NCBI GenBank assembly: GCA_013215655.1
Contig: JABSOX010000024.1
Coordinates: 3,446 to 67,445, forward strand
Source of the DNA: Colwellia sp.
Lineage (GTDB): Bacteria; Pseudomonadota; Gammaproteobacteria; Enterobacterales; Alteromonadaceae
Direction of reading: 5' to 3'
Length of the DNA: 64,000 nt
The position numbers and the translations under genes were made by a program. Below, one piece after another: positions 1 through 7,964 of this stretch; the stretch's first letter is position 1; each line of letters starts with the position of its first letter. The notes beneath the pieces are model-generated. The model made no database searches, was not told where the DNA came from, and saw only the letters and a list, made by a program, of their open reading frames with translations.

Positions 1-2499
1 TTAATTAGTGATTTTTATCCAGTTGATGTTGATTGCACCGCCTAAAAAATCTAAGCGTAGAGTTTGCTCTCCGGCAACTAAATCAATCATAGCTGTTTGA
101 GAAGTCCATTCTTGCCAACCACCAGTATCAGCTACCACTTGGCTATCAACGACAACGCCACCCACCGAGGTTTCAAAGCCATCACTTCCACCAGAACTGG
201 CTAAGCGGTATTCAATGTTATAAGTGCCATCGGCAGGAATATTCACGGTATAATCTAAAAAGGTGCCTGTGTCGATCCAACCAGCATTTAGACCACCACC
301 TTCATCGGCAGTCTCTTCTGTTTGTACATTGTCACTAGCAGCATCCCAATCTTCCGCTTCAAGGTGAATTTCAAATGCAGGAGGGAAAAGTTCAAACCAG
401 TTAATATTGATAGCACCGGCGACAAAATCAAAACGCACTAAGTGTTCACCAGCAGTTAACAAAAATTCACCAGACGATTGTGTTATCCACTCTTGCCAGC
501 CACCCGTATCTGCTACAACTTGGGCATCGACCTCAGTTCCATCAATAGAAAGAGTAAAGCCATCACTGCCACCAGAGCTAGCTAAGCGATAATCTATGCT
601 ATAAGTACCGTCAGTAGGCACTGTAATGATATATTCTAAAAAGGTGCCTGAATCGATCCAACCAGCATTTAAGCCACCGCCTTCATCAGCGGTTTCTTCT
701 GTTTGTACATTGTCACTAGCAGCATGCCAATCTTCCGCTTCAAAACGAATTGGCGCAGGGCCATCAGGTTTATCAGCTTCTTGAACAGCAAGCGGAGCTT
801 GTATACAGCTTTCATTTGAAATGCAGCTCAATTGAATGTTATCTAATTGGAAATGCACACCACCGTGAAATTCCACCACAAGAATAGTACCAACATTACT
901 GGTATCCAGTGGCAATGGATCACCCTCAACAACCCCAGGAATCCAATTCAACCAGTCAGGCGCAAGGAAAGGCGTATCAACAAAATCACTTACTGGAATG
1001 TTATAAGTAACCCAAGTATCAAGCTCAAGTTCAGCAACATTCCAAGTAAACATCCCCATATAAGGCCAACCTGTTTCCATTCTTATGTCGAGTGTTTCTG
1101 TTAGGGTATTCGCGCTGTCGATATACATATCGAAACTTAATAAAGCATCGCGACCTATAAATTCAATACCTGGCGCAGCGATATTAATGTTGGCATCACC
1201 GTCAGGGTGACTGACATCAATCACTAAGCCATGATCACCTTCAAGTGTTAATATTTCGATAACAGGAGCATTGTAATTACCGATAGAAAGCTCAGTGATT
1301 TCATCTGTGTGATGCCATGTTAAAGGAGTTAAGTCTGAAACTTTAACGTCATCTTTATCAAAGAAGCCATCAGTAAAAATTTCAGTAACTTTAGCACCGA
1401 CTGATTCAATTCGATCTGAAGCGGCTTTGTTTATTGATTTGTTAACATGAGAAGCGCAGTTTTCTACGTTAGTTTCAATTAACGGATCACAAGACCAAAC
1501 TTTGACATAGTCAATCAGCATTTCTGCAATGGGTTCAATACCATCGACTGCTAAATTAATCACAATTTGCATGTTTTGATTGAAAGGACCCGCATTGTCG
1601 ATTACGACTTCTTCACCGTTTAAGGTGTAAGCCCAAGTATTTAGTGGGTCAACTGTATGTATATGAATACCATCGACATACCAGCGAATCTGATCGGGTC
1701 CCCATTCAATTGCATAGTTATGAAACTCTGTTTTAGCGCCAGCAACAGTATCACTATTAAAGTTAACGCCGTTAGTCAGCCCTAATCCATAATGAGCTCC
1801 AGCGATAATGCCACCAGAGGTGACTTCCATCGCTGTGAGTGTATTTTCACCATCATAGATGTCAGCCATGGGTAATAAGCCGAACACCGAAAATATATCG
1901 TTGCCTTCAGGGAGTTGAATACTGGCTTCGATACGACCAGAGGAGATGCCATTAAGAGCTTTTACTGAAGAAGTAGTATCTTCTTGTGCAGTAATAACAA
2001 GCACGCCATCAGCAATACTTGCATTGACCCCTGTCCACACGCTTTCATCGAGTTCAGCTGTATCAAACTCATCACTCAATACCAGACCCCAACCGTAGTC
2101 CTCAATAGATTCAAAATCATTGGCAATATCAAAGGTCAGCAGTGCGGTATCAGTTTCACCTGTAGACGATTGAGTAGCGACATAAGTTATGCTATCGATA
2201 CCAAAAAAATCAGCACTTGGTGTATAAATAAAACTACCATCGGCATTAAATTCCAAAGTACCATTTTCTACACCACTGCCCTCAGCAACCGCAAAAGTTA
2301 GTCCTTCACCAATATCATTTTTACTAACGTCACCTTCAACAGGATCGCCGTCTTCTACACCCTCAACAATATCTCCTACAGCAAATAAATTACGGACTAC
2401 ATTTTGATCGGCGTCCCCACCACCGCAGGCCGTTAGGGACGTTGCTACTGTCAGTGACAGTGCGATAAGTAGTTTGTTTTCTATCATCGTAAACCCCAT
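1..2499 (-). CDS. Multi-domain lipoprotein: cadherin-like/Big_9 repeat, degenerate GH16 (laminarinase-like) domain, putative CBM-like middle domain, two C-terminal CBM6 modules
   Basis: Lipobox SLTAC; GTLEFNADGSFIYTP..F.G.DS.TY cadherin-like motif; GH16 scaffold LVLSDEFD, GRIEA, FHNYAIEW, WYVDG, NLAV, IDYVKVW; two EAED...GWI...YRLAS...VADTGGWQ.W...NINW CBM6 units; TAA stop at 1-3; start could be 2487. Confidence 0.85.
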   Translation of the reverse strand: MGFTMIENKLLIALSLTVATSLTACGGGDADQNVVRNLFAVGDIVEGVEDGDPVEGDVSKNDIGEGLTFAVAEGSGVENGTLEFNADGSFIYTPSADFFGIDSITYVATQSSTGETDTALLTFDIANDFESIEDYGWGLVLSDEFDTAELDESVWTGVNASIADGVLVITAQEDTTSSVKALNGISSGRIEASIQLPEGNDIFSVFGLLPMADIYDGENTLTAMEVTSGGIIAGAHYGLGLTNGVNFNSDTVAGAKTEFHNYAIEWGPDQIRWYVDGIHIHTVDPLNTWAYTLNGEEVVIDNAGPFNQNMQIVINLAVDGIEPIAEMLIDYVKVWSCDPLIETNVENCASHVNKSINKAASDRIESVGAKVTEIFTDGFFDKDDVKVSDLTPLTWHHTDEITELSIGNYNAPVIEILTLEGDHGLVIDVSHPDGDANINIAAPGIEFIGRDALLSFDMYIDSANTLTETLDIRMETGWPYMGMFTWNVAELELDTWVTYNIPVSDFVDTPFLAPDWLNWIPGVVEGDPLPLDTSNVGTILVVEFHGGVHFQLDNIQLSCISNESCIQAPLAVQEADKPDGPAPIRFEAEDWHAASDNVQTEETADEGGGLNAGWIDSGTFLEYIITVPTDGTYSIDYRLASSGGSDGFTLSIDGTEVDAQVVADTGGWQEWITQSSGEFLLTAGEHLVRFDFVAGAININWFELFPPAFEIHLEAEDWDAASDNVQTEETADEGGGLNAGWIDTGTFLDYTVNIPADGTYNIEYRLASSGGSDGFETSVGGVVVDSQVVADTGGWQEWTSQTAMIDLVAGEQTLRLDFLGGAININWIKITN
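4..741 (-). repeat. Intragenic tandem duplication of a CBM6 module (381 bp period)
   Basis: tgtcactagcagcat at 330 and 711; protein EAEDW[H/D]AASDNVQTEETADEGGGLNAGWID[S/T]GTFL repeated 127 aa apart. Confidence 0.9.
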
Positions 2500-2553
2500 G
2501 TCTCATATTTCTCATGTTTTTCATATTATTATATGGAACCTAGTATTGTTCTC

Positions 2554-2566
2554 AGCGGTAACCGCT
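2554..2566. promoter_or_regulatory. Palindrome AGCGGT-A-ACCGCT, candidate operator upstream of the GH16-like gene
   Basis: Perfect 6 bp arms, GC-rich in an AT-rich spacer, about 55 bp upstream of the start; regulator unknown. Confidence 0.3.
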
Positions 2567-3272
2567 TTAGAATATACCTACAGCTCTCTACTTTCGTTAT
2601 GTGCTATTCATTTGGCATAAAAGATAAGTTATCCAATTAATAACACTTTATCCTTTTTAGAATAGTGCTCAATTCATGTCGTCCTGTTGAATAACTCGAA
2701 CAAAAAAATAGTCATAAACCATGTGTTTGAGTAAATGTAATTATAATGGACACCTTATAAATAAAGGCTTACCAGCTATTATCGATTTTTTTAGTTTTTT
2801 AACTAAATTACAAATAATCGCTTGATACACTTATGCCATCCGTAAAGTTTTATGTTGTTAAGTGCAAACTTGGGAATAATAACCTTAGTTTTTTTTGCAA
2901 AGGAAATAGGTTTTCCGTTATTTAAATAAATGTGACAGATGGATGAGGTAAATTAATTTTTGCAAAAACAAAAAACGAACCAGTTATGGTTCACCTGTGA
3001 GCTTCTTACTTTAGCTAAGTTTCGATCTCATTTAGCTTCTCCTATAACTTAAAACAGTCATAACAGTTTGTAATTTACAGAGCGATAATGAACTTGAATA
3101 TTCAAATAAAATAGAGTTAAATAGCCGTCCTTCGTAGTTGATTTTTATCAAAACTATATAGCTGTAAGGATTTTAAAAAATTTGGCAGGCTATTAATTAT
3201 CTATTCACTGCATTAATTAGCCGCATCAAAATAAGGAAACTATCTGCTGTAATTAGCATTTACCGCGAATGC

Positions 3273-3286
3273 TACATTTTGTTACA
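3273..3286 (+). promoter_or_regulatory. RstA-box-like site TACATTTTGTTACA
   Basis: Exact match to the E. coli RstA box consensus TACATNTNGTTACA, about 80 bp upstream of an operon encoding an RstA/RstB-like pair. Confidence 0.55.
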
Positions 3287-3364
3287 GATGATGGATCTTG
3301 TTACGTCAATATCCTTGCTAGCTCGACATAATGTATTTAATTTCAACAACACAGATAACAACCT

Positions 3365-4231
3365 ATGAATAATTTAAAAATAAAAAAATCACTTATCCCA
3401 TACTTATCTTTGGCAGCGATTATGGTTGCCAGCGCTAGTTTTTCTAGTGCCAGTTTTGCGAGCGATATTACCCACAGTGTTAGAAGTAATGCTGAGCAAG
3501 CAGATAGTTCAGCAAACTATTTCGAAATTGGCATAATGTATGCCATCGGCTACGGGCCGTCTTTTGGTGAAGATGGCGAGTGGTCGAATACCGATCCGGT
3601 TATTAATGGTAGTTATACTTGGAACAACTTTTTTATTGAATCCTATAGTGAAAGTGGCAACGGCATGGCTGTTGGCTATAACGCCTTTAGTAATGATAAT
3701 TGGTCGTTCGACTTCACGGTGACCACTGACTGGTTCCAATATAACTACGACAATGACGGTCGTTATGCGCTTCTTAATCACGAAGAAGACCTTAACGAAC
3801 TGACTATTGGTGGTAGACTTACTGGTTATATCGGCAATAACATCGTGCAATTTGCCATCAATCAGGATGCAACTGGCGAAAATAATGGTACCACTATTTC
3901 AGCCTTGATTGGGCGAAGCTGGCAAGTAAGAAATTGGAACTTTCATGGCATTATCGGTGCAGAATACGCGTCTGCTAAACTTAATGATTATTATATCGGA
4001 GTTTCACCAGAAAAAGCGTCATATTATACTGGCCTAGATGCTTATGAAGCAGGTGCTAGTGTCAGCTTTAGTACCGAATTTGGCGTTACCTACCCGATCA
4101 CAGAAGACTGGGTATTCAGAGCTACTGGCCGAATTGCCACTATCCCTAATGAAGTTACCGATAGCCCTTATTATGTCAACAAAGACTCAGTAGCTACTTC
4201 ATTTCGTACTAGCCTTAGCTATGTATTTTAG
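3365..4231 (+). CDS. MipA/OmpV family outer membrane protein
   Basis: Signal peptide, amphipathic beta strands, YY.GV...A..Y.AG motif, C-terminal LSYVF beta signal. Confidence 0.8.
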   Translation: MNNLKIKKSLIPYLSLAAIMVASASFSSASFASDITHSVRSNAEQADSSANYFEIGIMYAIGYGPSFGEDGEWSNTDPVINGSYTWNNFFIESYSESGNGMAVGYNAFSNDNWSFDFTVTTDWFQYNYDNDGRYALLNHEEDLNELTIGGRLTGYIGNNIVQFAINQDATGENNGTTISALIGRSWQVRNWNFHGIIGAEYASAKLNDYYIGVSPEKASYYTGLDAYEAGASVSFSTEFGVTYPITEDWVFRATGRIATIPNEVTDSPYYVNKDSVATSFRTSLSYVF

Positions 4232-4244
4232 GGGAAACAGAAAA

Positions 4245-4721
4245 ATGCCTCTACTTAAACAAATTATAAATACACGAGTAAAAACAAATAAAATGACTAG
4301 CTTGAACATGGTTACTTCCCTATTCATTGCGTGCTGCTTTATATCAGTTTCGTCTAATGCTGAGACGACTAAATTAATTGACTCGTTAAGTCATACCGAA
4401 CAATTGGCACGACTGAAAGTAACGCCTAAACCTTGTGTCGCTCTTCGCAAAGGACAAAAATGCTACCTTGAGGTGACCTTTAGTTGGCACCACCCCAACA
4501 TTAGCAATTATTGCCTGGTTAATTCGACAACAAATAAAACAATTAAGTGCTGGCAACAACAAGCGAAAGGACAGGTTAGCTTTGATTTCCAATCAAAGCT
4601 AACTAATGACTTTGCTTTACGTAAGCAAGCATCATCAGTGGATTTAGCTCGTGCGCAAATACCTGTCGCTTGGGTATATAAATCATCAAAACGTGCAAAG
4701 TCAACTTGGAGATTATTTTGA
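4245..4721 (+). CDS. DUF3019 family secreted protein
   Basis: L..TPK.CVALRKGQ.CY motif with conserved cysteines, signal-like N-terminus; SD ggggaa before ATG 4245 (alternative start 4293). Confidence 0.7.
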   Translation: MPLLKQIINTRVKTNKMTSLNMVTSLFIACCFISVSSNAETTKLIDSLSHTEQLARLKVTPKPCVALRKGQKCYLEVTFSWHHPNISNYCLVNSTTNKTIKCWQQQAKGQVSFDFQSKLTNDFALRKQASSVDLARAQIPVAWVYKSSKRAKSTWRLF

Positions 4722-5464
4722 CGGTAATCAGTTTGACCGAAGACCTTGCTGCTAAGCATATTATGTTAGTCGAAGATGACATGTCGCTAGCCGAATGGTT
4801 TAGCGACTATCTAAGCGAACAAGGCTATTTGGTGACTCTTGCTACTAGAGGAGACGTTGCCATTGAGCTGATTGAGTCGGATCAGCCTGATCTGGTGATA
4901 TTAGACATCATGTTACCGGTAAAGGATGGCTTTGAAGTATGTCAGGCTATTCGCCCCTTTTATCATGGTCCCATTTTAATGATGACGGCTCGTGATCATG
5001 AAACTGACGAAGTACTAGGGCTAGAGCTAGGCGCTGATGATTATGTCGTTAAACCAGTCAAACCTAGGGTATTGCTTTCACGGATCAAAGCACTTTTACG
5101 TCGGTCTGCTTCACAGGGAATAGCGCCAGCAGTCATAGCAGAAATAGATCCAAATAAATTAACTTTTGGTCAGCTCTGCATCAATGCAAATTCCCGTACG
5201 ACTACTTTGGCTGGTGCTAAAGTAGCTATTTCGTCGAACGAGTTTGATGTGCTTTGGCAACTTGCTCAGGCAGCAGATAATCTGGTTAGCCGAAAAGAGC
5301 TAGTGATCCAGCGCAGAGGTATAGACTATGATGGCTTTGATCGCTCGATCGATATTCTGGTCTCAAGAATACGCAAAAAATTGGGTGATGATGCCAGCAA
5401 TCCCTATCGAATAAAAACCGTGTGGGGTAAAGGCTATTTATTTGTTAAAGATGCCTGGGAGTAA
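4718..5464 (+). CDS. OmpR-family response regulator, RstA-like
   Basis: LVEDD, LVILDIMLP phosphoacceptor, KP, winged helix DRSIDILVSRIRKKLG..IKTVWGKGY; TTG start after GGAG overlaps the upstream TGA. Confidence 0.92.
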   Translation: MTVISLTEDLAAKHIMLVEDDMSLAEWFSDYLSEQGYLVTLATRGDVAIELIESDQPDLVILDIMLPVKDGFEVCQAIRPFYHGPILMMTARDHETDEVLGLELGADDYVVKPVKPRVLLSRIKALLRRSASQGIAPAVIAEIDPNKLTFGQLCINANSRTTTLAGAKVAISSNEFDVLWQLAQAADNLVSRKELVIQRRGIDYDGFDRSIDILVSRIRKKLGDDASNPYRIKTVWGKGYLFVKDAWE

Positions 5465-5484
5465 CTTATGCCTAGGAATATAGA

Positions 5485-6765
5485 ATGCCAAAATTAACCT
5501 TATCACTATTATTGGTCATATTAGTTGCTGTGATAGGCATAGGTGGGGTGCTTGACAATTTTTTTAACCAATATCAAACACAGCTAAGCAAAGAGTCCGA
5601 TGAATTATCAGCCTATCGTCAATTGGGAAAATCTTTGGCTTCAACCCTAGATAAGCATCAAAACGCTCAACAATTCATCGCTAATTGGCAGCAAGAAAGT
5701 AAGCTTTCGGTTACCTTAGCTCAACTTGATGATTTCTTTTTACCCGACTCCTTAAAACAATCCTTTTATGGCGGAGAGCCGCTGGTCTTTGAAACAGACA
5801 ATAGTATATCCATGCATTTTATTGTTCCCTCCCAGAAAAGCGTATTGATCTTTAATATTCCACCTGTTGTTAAAGAAAGTCGCAATAGCGCATTGCAACT
5901 GCTGTTAACTGGCGTTTTTTATCTTGGTATTTTAATGATGGTACTCATTTGGCTGTATCCATTGATTAAACAATTGAGACAGTTGAGGCAAACCACCAAG
6001 GCTTTTGGCGAGGGTCAGCTAAAACAGCGAATTAATATTAATTCAACGTCTTATATCGCTAGTATTGAAAATGAATTTAACCGTATGGCCCAGCGGATTG
6101 AAACTCTAATCAGTGATAACAAGCTGCTCAGTGATGCCGTTGCCCACGATTTAAGGACACCATTGGCCAGGTTGCGTTTTGGAATTGAGATTTTACAGGA
6201 AACAGAAAAACCTGAGACAAGGGAGAAATACCAACGCCATCTATCTCGTGATATTGATGAAATGGAGCGATTAGTTAATGTATTACTTAATTATGCGCGA
6301 ATAGAACAATCAATGATGGCAGTCGAACAACAAAGTATCGACCTTAATGCACTGGTTGGACAATGTGTGGGTGCGGTAGCAGACGGCGACAAGGTCATTA
6401 ACTGGCATGCAACAGGCGCAGCAACGGTTACTGGTGATGCAAATTACCTCAGCATGTTAATCAATAATTTGCTCGGTAATGCTCTACAATATGCCGATAA
6501 TGAGATTACCTTAATGATTGCACAAAGTGGCACCAGGCTACAATTTATTATTAGTGACGATGGTCCCGGCATTGCAAAAGAAAAGCGCAGTGAGTTGTTG
6601 AAACCCTTTATGCGCGGTGAGCAGGCTCATGAAAAGCCGGGTTACGGCATGGGCTTGGCTATTGTCTCAAGAATAGCTCAATTACATGATGCCAAGCTGG
6701 TCATTTCCGACTCTGTTGAGCTGGGCGGTGCTGAATTCTGTGTGACCTTTAATCAGTCAATATAG
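5485..6765 (+). CDS. Sensor histidine kinase, RstB-like
   Basis: Two TM segments, HAMP, H-box AHDLRTPLARLRF, N-box NLLGNALQY, DDGPGI, GYGMGLAIV. Confidence 0.92.
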   Translation: MPKLTLSLLLVILVAVIGIGGVLDNFFNQYQTQLSKESDELSAYRQLGKSLASTLDKHQNAQQFIANWQQESKLSVTLAQLDDFFLPDSLKQSFYGGEPLVFETDNSISMHFIVPSQKSVLIFNIPPVVKESRNSALQLLLTGVFYLGILMMVLIWLYPLIKQLRQLRQTTKAFGEGQLKQRININSTSYIASIENEFNRMAQRIETLISDNKLLSDAVAHDLRTPLARLRFGIEILQETEKPETREKYQRHLSRDIDEMERLVNVLLNYARIEQSMMAVEQQSIDLNALVGQCVGAVADGDKVINWHATGAATVTGDANYLSMLINNLLGNALQYADNEITLMIAQSGTRLQFIISDDGPGIAKEKRSELLKPFMRGEQAHEKPGYGMGLAIVSRIAQLHDAKLVISDSVELGGAEFCVTFNQSI

Positions 6766-7258
6766 ACATAAAGCGGTCGTTATTGTTGTTCAAATCATCC
6801 CTCCAAACGCTCACTTTGCTACGTTAGCTGACTTTCCTGAATCGCTATTTAACAACAATATTAGCCATGATTGATTGAAAAACTATATAACTATAATGCG
6901 TTAGTACTTAATAGACGTATTTAAAAGCTTGAGGAAACAGATAAACATAATGAAGGTTCTGATTTTTGGTGCACATAACTAAAAGGTTAAATTAAACAAT
7001 AATATTTTATAAGTTTTTCATTGCTGCGCGTAAGTGGCTGTAACAAAGTATGTTTACAATCACAGCAACTCACAATTTTTTTTATCAAATTAATCAATCA
7101 CCTAAGAAATAAAAAAGATTAAGCAAGGTTATATGTAACCCATTAGTGACATTTGTTATTACATTTACCGCAATCTTTATTACAACCATTTCAGAAAAAG
7201 TTGCCACTATACAAGTAACAGAAAGTCTTGTTATTAATTTATTTTTAGGGGAATACCA

Positions 7259-7606
7259 ATGAACATGAAAAAATTATCTATCGCAGTTTTAATGACCACA
7301 GGTTTAATCGCTTCAACTCAAGCAGCAGATGTTGTTGCTGCAAATAATTCTCAATTTACTCAATTATGTGTAACTGCTGCCGCGGGTAATCGTGCCGCTA
7401 TGCATAACGCAATTAAGTCCTCTGGTTACTCACGTACTTATGTTGCTAACAATGTACAATGTAATGGTGAAAATATTATCAGTTTTGTTGAAAACAATGG
7501 TAAAAATTCAAATGCAATGATCCATACTTTAGACCGTACAGCGACTAAAGTTACCATTACAGATCTTGCTGATAACCGTGCAGAGAAAAATGTACATGCT
7601 GGGTAG
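7259..7606 (+). CDS. DUF3718 family secreted protein
   Basis: Signal peptide; T.LC..AA.G and V.CNG..I..F motifs typical of this Alteromonadales family. Confidence 0.7.
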   Translation: MNMKKLSIAVLMTTGLIASTQAADVVAANNSQFTQLCVTAAAGNRAAMHNAIKSSGYSRTYVANNVQCNGENIISFVENNGKNSNAMIHTLDRTATKVTITDLADNRAEKNVHAG

Positions 7607-7628
7607 TACTGTGTTTCTGAAGTTTAAT

Positions 7629-7652
7629 TCAGCGAGGGAACATGCTCGCTGA
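7629..7652 (+). terminator. Hairpin terminator after the DUF3718 gene
   Basis: TCAGCGAG-N8-CTCGCTGA stem followed by a T-rich tract. Confidence 0.6.
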
Positions 7653-7964
7653 GGCTTTATCTTTGATATCCATCTATTAAAATTTTCAACACCGAAACAC
7701 CTTGCAGTTATCGTCGAGCCGAATTCATCAAATATAATTTTCTCTTCGATACGATAACTGACATTTCATTAATTAGTTTTGATAACCTGTCTGTGCGCTC
7801 AGCGAAATAAATGTTGTCATGGTTAAAACGCTCATAAACAACAACTACAAAACATCCTTTAAATCTAAAGTTATTAACAATCGTCTGATAACTTTAAGGG
7901 GCATTTAGTTGATAAAATATTTATGACCCTTCAGAGAAATTCGTTTAGAATTTCACTTTGATTA

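Noticed and set aside
2567-3256. sRNA or small gene in the long spacer between the GH16-like gene and MipA
   Set aside because: I found only short ORFs without an RBS and no terminator-bounded structured region; TTTTGCAAA occurs twice but is weak in AT-rich DNA.
7705-7896. Integron attC sites
   Set aside because: The arms run GTT...AAC rather than RYYYAAC...GTTRRRY, and there is no integrase or cassette array.
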